From contig NC_057759.1 in assembly GCF_004010195.1 (NCBI RefSeq), forward strand, positions 6,518,734-6,582,733: 64,000 bases of DNA, given 5' to 3'. The notes beneath the pieces are model-generated. The model did no database searches and was not told the DNA's origin. It saw only the letters and a program-made list of their open reading frames with translations. Numbering within the stretch: the first letter of the stretch is position 1; each line of letters starts with the position of its first letter. This document shows positions 53,296-64,000 of the stretch, piece by piece. The stretch comes from Chiloscyllium plagiosum (Eukaryota). The position numbers and the translations under genes were made by a program.

Positions 53296-54966
53296 CATAA
53301 TCATTCTAACTGATAACTGCCCTCATATTCACATAACAGAAACAGACTGATAGATAACTACACTGCCATATGAACACCAGAGAAACATTCATGAACATAT
53401 TAAGCCAAATTTAGATATTCATAAAGCAGAACATGTCAGGTAAAGATTGACCATGTTTATAACACAGAAACTGACAAGGTGAGATTGATAAAAGCATTCA
53501 CACAGACTTGTAGTAGAGACTGATTGGGATATACTGTTCATTACACAGACATATTCACTGAGCAGAAACTGACAGGTACAGATTGATAATGCCAGCCAAA
53601 ATTCACATAACAGAAATGAACATAAAGACATGGATAGCAAAACCCCGATTTACATAGCAGAAACTGTCAGGGACCAATTAGTAAATACACTGTCACATTC
53701 GCAGAGCAAACGCTGACAGGGACAGATTGATAACTACAATTACACATTCTCACAGCAGAGACCTTAAGGATAGACTGATAATTACACAAACATAATGACT
53801 GTGGAAGAACAGACAGGTACAGATTGATGACTGGACTGCCATATTCGCACATCACAACCTGTGTGGAAAAGTTTAACTAAACTGAGATACTCACAAAACA
53901 GAAGCTGACAGGTACATGTTGATAACCACGTTGACATATTCCCAACAGAGAAATGGATAAGGTAATATTGATAAAAGCACTCCCACATTCACATAGCAGA
54001 GACTGATACTGGGAGACTGAAAGTTACACAGACAAATTCATTGAGCAGAAAGGAACGGGTACAGATTGATAAAGCCAGTCAAACAGTCTCATAGCAAAGA
54101 CTGATAGGCACTGCAATAGTCAATACCCTTACACATTCTCACATCAGAGCCATTCTGGGATTGTGATAATTATACTAACGTAATCACTGTGGAAGAATGG
54201 ACAGGTACAGACTGATGACTACAATCACACATCCAGATGGCAGAAACTGACAGGGACAGATTGTGGGAGAGTAATAATCATTCACCTCCCGAAAGCTCAC
54301 ATGGGCAGATGAAAAACCACACTCACGTTTTACACAGCCAATAACGAGAGGTAAACTCACCCTTAACCAGCCTGAAATTCTGAACAACACTATCTCACAG
54401 TGTAAGCAGGGAATCACAGTGATAAAACAAATAACACAAGATTGTCACAATTAAAATTCGCTCAAGTATCCTGTTCAAAATAATCCTTAAATAATAGTGA
54501 CCAAATAAAGTTCAGAGAAAATCCACATAGGAAAGTTCATAATTTTAAAAATTCTGCTCGAAACTGAAATGCACCAAATAATATCGATTCTAATGTCGTG
54601 CAAAGTAAGATTTCAGGAACTGAAATATTGGCAGGAGGCTGCTGACACTGATTGAGGAGTTAAACAGTCAGGGAGTAAAATTCATGTTGTCAGCAGAAAG
54701 CAAAAGGCACAAGTTACAGAACATCAGTTTCCTTTAGTCATTGAAGTAATCAGAGTAGAACTCTTCGAGGAGAAAGTGAGGTCTGCAGATGCTGGAGATC
54801 AAAGTTGAAACTTTATTGCTGGAACAGCACAGCAGGCCAGGCAGCACCCAGGGAACACTGACAATGATACATACACTGGCAGCTATTCTGAGTAATGTAT
54901 GAATACTTTGGCTGATACTCATTGGAGATTTGAAGAAGAATAAGGGAAAGGATAACTGAAGGGAGT

Positions 54967-55209
54967 TTTAGATTAGATTACATTAGTTACAGTGTGGAAA
55001 CAGGCCCTTCGGCCCAACAAGACCACACCGACCCGCCAAAGCGCAAACCACCCAGACCCATTCCCCTACATTTACCCCTTCACCTAACACTACAGGCAAT
55101 TTAGTATGGCCAATTCATCTAACCTGCACATAAGCACCCGGAGGAAACCCACGCAGACACGGGGAGTATGTGCAAACTCCACACAGTCAGCTAACCACCG
55201 TGCCGCCCA
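54967..55209 (-). mobile_element. SINE with internal deletions
   Basis: TTAGA tail and CACCGTGCCGCCC head in reverse orientation. Confidence 0.88.
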
Positions 55210-55594
55210 CTTAACAAGATTTCCATGCTGCACTATGCTCACCTGTCACCTCAGAGTTGTGTGCTATTGTTGCAGTGTGGATAAAAGTACTATTGTGGTA
55301 AAGCAGAATTTATAGGCAAAAATTCATTTCCTCTTCCAGCCAAAGAAAAATACACGAACGAAATAATAGGTGTTCCGAGAATGGTCTGGTCAGTAAAAAT
55401 CACTGCTTAAAGTGGTGGTGAAGTAAAAGGCACAAATACAATTACTGACCTGTGCTGAATTAGCTGATCTTGATCAGAGTTTGCAGAATAGATGATGGTA
55501 AATTTTTCCTTCATCTTCAGAGAGTGTAGAACATGAAACACAAGCAAAAGAGAACATTCTTTAACTCCCATTTTCCTCCATCACGATGCTTAGT

Positions 55595-55910
55595 GGGCAT
55601 CACGGTGGCACAGTGCCGCCCACTAAGTTAGACGCCTGAGACCCGGGTTCAATTCCCGCCTCAGGCGACTGACTGTGTGGAGTTTGCACGTTCTCCCCGT
55701 GTCTGCGTGGGTTTCCTCCGGGTGCTCCGGTTTCCTCCCACAGTCCAAAGATGTGCAGGTCAGGTGAATTGGCAATGCTAAGTTGCCCATAGCGTTAGGT
55801 AAAGGGTAAATGTAGGGGTATGGGTGGGTTGTGCTTCGGCGGGTCGGTGTGGACTTGTTGGGCCGAAGGGCCTGTTTCCACACTGTAATGTAATCTAGCC
55901 TAATCTAATT
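55595..55910 (+). mobile_element. SINE with rearranged head
   Basis: Body nearly identical to the 32105 copy; head contains the short fold-back AGTGGGC...GCCCACT. Confidence 0.9.
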
Positions 55911-56164
55911 TGTCAAGTAGTTCCATCATTTCCAGGAGTAAAACACACTCCCTGTCGGATTGCAGTGCATTTTCTCACTTGACAACAAATATGATGCCAT
56001 TTTAAAATGGAAGAGAAAAGAAAACCATTATCAAAAGATGCAGAATACATTACAATTAGAATCTCACACTTTAGAATGAGCTCGGAATTTGATCCCTTCA
56101 CAAACTTTCGGTTTGTGTTTCCGATGGTATTGCAGATCCTGACAGATCCACATTGAGTCCCACA

Positions 56165-56318
56165 CTAACCAATCAGAGTGATGTTACCGTGCTTAGAATC
56201 TAGCCAATCAGGAACTAGACTTTCCCCATCCCTCATTAGCATTGCTGACGTCGTCAGTCTATAAAAGGGAGCTCCGAGCCCGCTATCCCTTATTCTGTGT
56301 CTGAGAGTGAGCGGCGCT
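56165..56318 (+). promoter_or_regulatory. H2B copy 2 promoter
   Basis: CCAATCAG twice, ATTAGCAT at 56235-56242, TGACGTCGTCA at 56246-56256, TATAAAA at 56260-56266. Confidence 0.8.
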
Positions 56319-56699
56319 ATGGCTGATGAGAAGAAAGCACAGCAAGCTTCCAAGAAGGGCGCGAAGAAAATCATCAAGAAGGCGCCAGCGAAGGGCGGCA
56401 AGAAGAGGAAGCGTTCCAGGAAAGAAAGTTACGCCATCTACATCTACAAAGTGATGAAGCAAGTTCACCCCGACACCGGCATCTCCTCCAAGGCCATGAG
56501 CATCATGAACTCGTTCGTCAAAGATATTTTCGAGCGCATCGCGGGGGAGGCTTCCCGCCTGGCCCATTACAACAAGCGCAGCACCATCAGCTCCCGGGAG
56601 ATCCAGACCGCCGTGCGGCTGCTGCTGCCCGGGGAGCTGGCCAAGCACGCCGTGTCGGAGGGCACAAAGGCGGTGACCAAGTACACCAGCTCCAAGTGA
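56319..56699 (+). CDS. H2B: Replication-dependent histone H2B copy 2, 126 aa
   Basis: Near-identical to copy 1; ATG 56319, TGA 56697-56699. Differences are [10 protein letters not shown] and FVKDIF. Confidence 0.97.
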   Translation: MADEKKAQQASKKGAKKIIKKAPAKGGKKRKRSRKESYAIYIYKVMKQVHPDTGISSKAMSIMNSFVKDIFERIAGEASRLAHYNKRSTISSREIQTAVRLLLPGELAKHAVSEGTKAVTKYTSSK

Positions 56700-56738
56700 A
56701 GGACCGCATTGCGCTGAAACACACACCCACAACCCAAA

Positions 56739-56754
56739 GGCTCTTTTAAGAGCC
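56739..56754 (+). promoter_or_regulatory. Histone 3' stem-loop of H2B copy 2
   Basis: CCAAA-GGCTCTTTTAAGAGCC-ACCTA. Confidence 0.95.
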
Positions 56755-57345
56755 ACCTACAACTTCCCTGAAATAGCGAGACCATTATGTTTCTGGGTAT
56801 GTACCATTAATGTCTCTGCGAGGACTTAAGAGAGGTAGTTACAGNNNNNNNNNNNNNNNNNNNNNNNNNNNNNNNNNNNNNNNNNNNNNNNNNNNNNNNN
56901 NNNNNNNNNNNNNNNNNNNNNNNNNNNNNNNNNNNNNNNNNNNNNNNNNNNNNNNNNNNNNNNNNNNNNNNNNNNNNNNNNNNNNNNNNNNNNNNNNNNN
57001 NNNNNNNNNNNNNNNNNNNNNNNNNNNNNNNNNNNNNNNNNNNNNNNNNNNNNNNNNNNNNNNNNNNNNNNNNNNNNNNNNNNNNNNNNNNNNNNNNNNN
57101 NNNNNNNNNNNNNNNNNNNNNNNNNNNNNNNNNNNNNNNNNNNNNNNNNNNNNNNNNNNNNNNNNNNNNNNNNNNNNNNNNNNNNNNNNNNNNNNNNNNN
57201 NNNNNNNNNNNNNNNNNNNNNNNNNNNNNNNNNNNNNNNNNNNNNNNNNNNNNNNNNNNNNNNNNNNNNNNNNNNNNNNNNNNNNNNNNNNNNNNNNNNN
57301 NNNNNNNNNNNNNNNNNNNNNNNNNNNNNNNNNNNNNNNNNNNNT

Positions 57346-58596
57346 AATAATCTGATCAGGGACAGTCAGCACGGCTTTGTGAAGGGTAGGTCATGCCTAA
57401 TGAATCTTATTGACTTTTTTGACAAAGTGACTAAACAAGTAGATGAGAGTAAACCAGTTGGTGTGGTGTATATGGATTTCAGCAAGGCATTCGATAAGGT
57501 TCCTCACAGTAGGCTATTATACAAAATGTGGAGGAATGGAGACATAGCAGTTTGGAACAGTAATTGGCTTGCTGAAAGAAAACAGAGGGTTGTAGTTGAT
57601 GGAAGATGTTCATCTTGGTGTCCAGTTACTAGCGGTGTACCACAAGGGTTGGTGTTGGGTCCACTGCTGTTCGTCATTTTTATAAATGACCTGGATTAGG
57701 GCTTAGAAGGGTGGGTTAGTAAATATCCAGACAACACTAAGATCGGTGGAGTTGTGGATAGTGACGAAGGATGTAGTAGGTTGCAGAGAGACATAGATAG
57801 GATGCAGAGCTGGGCTGAGGTGTGGTAAATGGAGTTTAATGTGGACACTTTGGGCGGAGTAATTGGAATGCAAAGTACTGGGCTAATGCTAAGATTCTTG
57901 GGAGTGCAGATGAGCAGAGAGATCTCGGTGTCCATGTACACAGATCCCTGAAAGTTGCCATTCACATTGACAGGGTTGTTCAGAAGGCATACAGTGTTTT
58001 GGCCTTTATTAATAGAGGGATTGAGTTCTGGAACCAGGATGTTATGCTGCACTGTACAAAGCTCTGGTATGGCCACACTTGGAGTATTGTGTACAGTTCT
58101 GGTCACCGCATTATAAAGAAGGATGTGGAAGCTTTGGAAAGGGTGCAGAGGAGATTTACTACGATGTTGCCTGGTATGGAAGGAATGTCTTACGATGAAG
58201 GGCTGAGGCCTTGAGGCTGTTCTCGTTAGAGAGAAGAAGAAGGTTGAGACTTAAGAGCCATACAAGATAATCAGAGGGTTAGATAGGCTCTCCCTGTCCA
58301 CCCTTTTTCCAAGTATGGGAACGGCAAACAGGAGGGGACACAACTTGAAAGTGAGGGGAGATAGGTACAAGACAGATGTCAGAGGTAGTTTCTTTATTCA
58401 GAGAGTAGTAAGGGTATGGAATGCATTGCCTGCAACGGTAGTAGATTCGCCGAGTTTAAGTGCATTTAAGTCGTCATTGGACAGGCATATAGACGTACAT
58501 GGAATAGTGTAGGTGGGATGGGCTTCAGGTTGGTCTGACAGGGCGGCGCAACATCGAGGGCCGAAGGGTCTGTACTGCGCTGTAATGTTCTATGTT
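57346..58596 (+). mobile_element. CR1 RT and 3' end
   Basis: [48 protein letters not shown]. Confidence 0.92.
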
Positions 58597-59324
58597 TGTG
58601 TGTTATGAATGTTATATAAAGCAATGAGTGATAGCTGACCCGGTCCGCGCCTTATTCTCTGTTGTATGTATTCTCATGTATATCCTGTGGTCCCAGCCTG
58701 GTGAGAGAGATCATGAGTCATTTTTCAGCTGCTTGTATGTGTCCGCGTTACTCTTTGTTATTCGATCAGTTCAGGAGTTACAAGCCCCGATGGGGCACGA
58801 ACCTTGAGTTTCACCCCCGGAAAACAAAGTGCCCCCAGTACCAGCCGGCAGGCAAAGTAAACAGTTTCCCTCGCAGTGCGGTTTAACTTTGTTTATTTTA
58901 CATTTCTAAATTTCCGCACGGGTATTGTCCGGATGCAAAATACACCGAAATAAAACAGCTGCAGAAGTGGCAGAGTAAATGTGGAGTTTTTTTTATCGAT
59001 CTATGATCGTGTGCAAAAGGGAGGGTAACTTTAAAATATGCTTGAACGATCGTGTTCACTATTAATGCACTAACTCGGGAGAATGTAATCATGTTTTATC
59101 AGTATATCGGGGAGCTGTTGAAATGTGAAAGAAATGATTAGTTGCAGAGTGCAGGGTTTGGCGCCTTTTTTGTTTCCGTTTGTGTTTAATGGTCAGAAGG
59201 TTCCATTCAGGATCAAAAATGGGCAGGTTCCAGGAGGCGAGGTAAAGGGTTTTAACGTAGAAGTAAATTAGATCGAGTATTCGTGCATTCTTCTGTGTTT
59301 AAACTCTCTACTTTTCGGTACATA

Positions 59325-59554
59325 TTGGCGGGCTTTTCAAATTGGAAAGAAGGCGGTTGATGGTTTGGAGCCGGGACTTTCCGCCTTCCTCCCCGTGTCC
59401 TCCCCGGATTGGGGAATTGGAACAACATTAGGAGGGGCTGGACAATGGGACCAATCAGAAACGGCCGCCCCCACCATTCCTCCCGAAGGTATAAGAGACC
59501 GCGATGTGGGCGGAGTGTAGCATTCTCTCTGAAAGTGTTTGAGAGATTGTGATC
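59325..59554 (+). promoter_or_regulatory. H2A copy 2 promoter
   Basis: TTGGCGGGCTTTTCAA, GATTGG and CCAATCAG boxes, TATAAGAG at 59490; reverse-complement homologue of 23230-23482. Confidence 0.8.
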
Positions 59555-59616
59555 ATGACTGGAAGAGGAGGAAAGGGCAGTGGGAAAGCTCGCTCCAAGG
59601 CGAAGTCTCGGTCGTC
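59555..59616 (+). CDS. H2A: Histone H2A copy 2, 5' part only (runs into an assembly gap)
   Basis: MTGRGGKGSGKARSKAKSRS followed by N's; upstream promoter is homologous to that of the first H2A. Confidence 0.85.
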
Positions 59617-60519
59617 NNNNNNNNNNNNNNNNNNNNNNNNNNNNNNNNNNNNNNNNNNNNNNNNNNNNNNNNNNNNNNNNNNNNNNNNNNNNNNNNNNNN
59701 NNNNNNNNNNNNNNNNNNNNNNNNNNNNNNNNNNNNNNNNNNNNNNNNNNNNNNNNNNNNNNNNNNNNNNNNNNNNNNNNNNNNNNNNNNNNNNNNNNNN
59801 NNNNNNNNNNNNNNNNNNNNNNNNNNNNNNNNNNNNNNNNNNNNNNNNNNNNNNNNNNNNNNNNNNNNNNNNNNNGTCCCGTGTCTTTAATTATCGTCTT
59901 ATAAATGAATCACTCAGTCCCTGTACTTCCCACCCACAGGTGGTTTCACGTTATCTTGAACTACTTCTAGGAAGAGCTGAATTGCCCACTGCCGCGAGTA
60001 AGTTTATAATGAGTGGTCGCTGACCCTCCGTGTTTTATTCCCGAATGAGTTCCTGTGTAGGGTCCTTTCCCTGGCCGTAGACAGGGAGCATAATGGAGGC
60101 AACAGTCATTTTTCAGCTTCTTCGAGTTGGTCAAGTTGCTGTTTAATACGGGGCCAGTTCTGGAGCTACCAGCCCCTGTGGGGCAAGACCCTGATTTTGA
60201 TCTCTGGCAAACAAAAGAAGTGAGTCAACATTAGAGTGGTGCTGGAAAAGCACAGCAGGTCAGGCAGCATCCGAGGAGCAGGAAAATCGAAGTTTTGAGC
60301 AAAAGGAAAGGCTTTTCAAGCTCCCCTCTAATCTCCAGCATCTGCAATACCCACCACTGCCAAACAGAATTGCCCTATCTTTGCATTCCACGGATAGATT
60401 CATTTTACAGTTAAATTTCCATATACTGAGGATGTTGTTTGATTGCACAGTGCTCTGAATGAGACTTTCTGCTGTCGTTTCGAAGGTTTCAAAATGAACG
60501 GATATCAAACCAGAACATC

Positions 60520-63288
60520 TGTCTCACTGCAAGGGTCAGTCAAATAGCGCAGAAACAGATCCTCCAAAATCTTAACAATGATATACTTATCTAAATGTCT
60601 TTTCAACATTGTGACTGTCCATATGCATCACCCCCTTTCGAAGTTAATTCCACACAATCTATGCTGTTTTTAAAAAAACTTACTTTTTAAGGTAAAAAGA
60701 TTTTAAAAGTATCTCATAGCCTTGCAGTCTCTTACCATAGAAAAAGACACTATTCTCCTTACCTTTCGCCCTCATGATTGTCAAAACTCTATCACCCATC
60801 AAGATCTTAGGCTCCAGAGAACAGAAGTCCCAGCCTAATACGATGGAATCTTCCATTCCCATCAACATCCTAGTAAACCTTTTCTGAACTCTTTCCAGCT
60901 CAACACTATACTTTTCTGATCATCCTGTTATCAACTTAATGCAGTAATTCAGAAGAGGACTCATCAACATCCTATGCAACCTCAATATGACCTTTCAACT
61001 CCTGTACTCAAAAGTCTGAGCAATGAAGGCAAGCACGCTAGATGTTTTCTTCACCACACTGTCTACATGTGAAGCAAACTTCAAAAATATGCAGCTGGCC
61101 AACTGGGTCTCTCTGTTCAACAGCATTACCCAAGGCCCTGCTTGTAATTGTATAAGGCCTACCCTTGTTTGTTTTGTAAATATGCAATGTCTCTGTAACT
61201 CCATCTGCCATTCCTCACACCATTGACTGATTTAATCAAGATTTGTTTCCAATCTGAGATAGCTTTCACAGTCCACTATACCACCAATTTTGATGACATC
61301 TGCAAAATTACTAACCATGCCTTCTGTATTTTCATCTAAATCATTTTCAGAAAAAACAAACAAGTGGACCCAGCACCGATTGGGGTGGAACATCATTGGT
61401 ACCTTGCATCCAGTCTAATAAACAACTGTCCACCTCCTCTCTATCTTCTGCTGTTGTGCCAATTGAATATAAAATTGGCACGCTCAACCTGAATCCCATG
61501 TAATCTAACCTTGCTATTTAGTCTATCATGCAGAAACTTGTAAAAGGCTTCACCAAAGTTCAAGTCAATAATGTTTACCAATGTCCCCTCAATCTTCTTG
61601 GATACTCCCTCAACAATCTCAATCAACTTTGGGAAATATAATTTCCTTCTACAAAACAATCCTGACAATTCATAATTATTCCTTGCCCTCTCCTATCACT
61701 CCTCCCGAAACTGTACATTTGAATCCTATCTTTCAGAATCACCTCCAACAATGCACCCATCACACAAGTCAGACTCGCAGGTCTATACTTCCCAGGCTTC
61801 TTCTGACATCCGATCTTAAAATAATGGCAAAATATTACCCGATAACTGATCATCCAGCACATCACCGTAGTTACAGATGATACAAATATTTCTGCAAGGG
61901 GCACCACAATATCCTTCTTAATTCACACAATGTCCTGGGATACACTAGATCAGGAATCTGAGGTTATCCAACTTTGTTTTCAAAGACCTCCAGCATTTCC
62001 TCTTGTGTACTGTGAACTCTTTTCAAAACATCAATATTCATTTTACTGCGTTTGCCTGCTTCCCAGTAAAAAATGATGTGAAATTTCATTTTCTGCCTCT
62101 CACATCTTCTGAAATTCAAACAGAACTGCAGAGGTGAACTGGATCTGCTGGTAACAAAATGGCCCATGTCTGCTCCTACAAAATGGCTGACAAATGTCTG
62201 CCCTTAGTACATTGTCATTAATGGCTGTGAGTAATCTATTTTGACCAGGGCACTTCTGAAAACTTACTAACTTTCACACACAGGCATAAATGTTTTGGTT
62301 CCATGTATCTCTGCTGGAAGTCTTTGAAAACAGATCTAAGACTAACTAACCAGAACAGAAAGCATTCTTACAAATCTTATAGCAACTAGTCAAAACTAAA
62401 TGTCTTTGGTATTTTTAACACACATAATTAGGACAATGGGAAATATAAGAGGAAAATCAGAATTTCATAAAGAAAGCACATGAGATGCAATGAATAACAG
62501 AATTCAAACTGACTCACAGATAAAGCCAGCCTAAGAGGCCTGAAGCAATTAACTTTGGAATATGAATGAGGAGGATGCATAGAAAGATGGCAAGGATGAG
62601 TGATTATAATGTCTGTTCAATACCATGAGGTCATGGGAAGCTGAGGCCTGTTAAAGGAATGCCTGTCATTGATTCGATGTCTTATAGGTTTGAGTTTACG
62701 AAGTATGAAGGTGGATCAAAGTGATCAGGTTGTATGCGATTGTTATCAGCAAATTTATAAAATACTGCTTTACGTTATAAATTCAGAGTGTGTCATGATC
62801 TCCCTTTCAGGGCTGGTCTCTGGAGAGGATCCTTTGTCCCTGCTTTAACTGGGTTTTGCATGAATAAACCTCCACTTGCCTGAGTTCTGCCTGCCTGCTG
62901 AGTTTGCATTCCCTTTCAGGGGAAAAGGCTCCAACAACAACAACAACTACCTCTTTGATCTTTAAGGTACCCTACTCTCTTTCTCTCCCTCATTGTTAAC
63001 TTGCTTTGAATGATCTTGTAGAATCTCATTGAATTATGCTTAACCTTATCTGCCAAGACTATCTGGTTCCCCCTCTTTGATTTCCTAATCTCCCTTTCAA
63101 GAATGCCCTTTCTATTTGCATAATGTTCAAGAGATGCTTTTCACCCCAGTTGTCTATGTCTAATTTATGATTTATTTGTACTTGCAAATAAAACATTGAC
63201 TTTGCTGCTCCTCTAATGCTGTGCTTTTCCAGTTTCATTTTTATCAACTCTGACTGTCCTTACTAAAAACCTTACATTTATCCACATT
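60520..63288 (-). mobile_element. Old CR1 remnant interrupted by an LTR-like insertion (about 62120-62937)
   Basis: Minus-strand frames KPGKYRPASLTCVMGALLE and DLNFGEAFYKFLH; insertion ends AATAAA...GCTCCAACA like the 31605 element. Confidence 0.75.
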
Positions 63289-64000
63289 NNNNNNNNNNNN
63301 NNNNNNNNNNNNNNNNNNNNNNNNNNNNNNNNNNNNNNNNNNNNNNNNNNNNNNNNNNNNNNNNNNNNNNNNNNNNNNNNNNNNNNNNNNNNNNNNNNNN
63401 NNNNNNNNNNNNNNNNNNNNNNNNNNNNNNNNNNNNNNNNNNNNNNNNNNNNNNNNNNNNNNNNNNNNNNNNNNNNNNNNNNNNNNNNNNNNNNNNNNNN
63501 NNNNNNNNNNNNNNNNNNNNNNNNNNNNNNNNNNNNNNNNNNNNNNNNNNNNNNNNNNNNNNNNNNNNNNNNNNNNNNNNNNNNNNNNNNNNNNNNNNNN
63601 NNNNNNNNNNNNNNNNNNNNNNNNNNNNNNNNNNNNNNNNNNNNNNNNNNNNNNNNNNNNNNNNNNNNNNNNNNNNNNNNNNNNNNNNNNNNNNNNNNNN
63701 NNNNNNNNNNNNNNNNNNNNNNNNNNNNNNNNNNNNNNNNNNNNNNNNNNNNNNNNNNNNNNNNNNNNNNNNNNNNNNNNNNNNNNNNNNNNNNNNNGAT
63801 CTATTTATTCCCTCTACGTGTTTTCTTTCAGTCAAGCAGTTTTTTAAATCCATCTCAACACCATGTTCGTAATTTTGTTCTTTGTGAGATTTTGTCAAAA
63901 GGAACATCCGAATGATGCCATCTGCTTATCACCTCTACTCCAGCAGATTTGCCAAGCTGAGAACATAGAACATTATGACACAGGAACAGGCATTTCGAAT

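Larger units (their letters stand above)
46040..54310 (+). repeat. Long degenerate 47-49 bp tandem repeat array with insertions
   Basis: Approximate consensus GCAGAAACTGACAGGTACAGATTGATAACTACACTCACA(TA)TTCACATA repeated many times; interrupted at about 47020-47920, 50540-51500 and 52320-53300. Confidence 0.9.

Noticed and set aside
46040-54310. Tandem array as CRISPR or as Cys-rich zinc-finger coding repeats
   Set aside because: Eukaryotic context with no unique spacers or cas genes; the 47-49 bp period shifts frame and does not match the 84-bp C2H2 period.

Overview
Eukaryotic, repeat-rich vertebrate DNA with seven N-gaps. The SINE, CR1 and Penelope repertoire and the histone N-termini suggest a cartilaginous fish (inference). 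Firm genes: one complete H2A (22840-23229, -), two complete H2B (24611-24991, -; 56319-56699, +), all three with 3' stem-loops, plus the 5' end of a second H2A cut by a gap (59555, +). The histones form two co-directional H2B->H2A pairs in mirror orientation, with no H1/H3/H4. Most other sequence is decayed CR1 LINEs, tRNA-derived SINEs, Penelope-like elements with minimal hammerhead ribozymes, LTRs, a Tc1/mariner-type MITE and a degenerate 47-49 bp tandem repeat. The most interesting unexplained signal is a set of spliceable exons encoding ITIM motifs (SxYREI; ITYASL...NVYANL-stop) at 2.5-8.1 kb. Three decayed copies of an Ig-like/transmembrane/short-exon module also lie among the histone pairs in a large degenerate inverted duplication. 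All alignments were made by eye.
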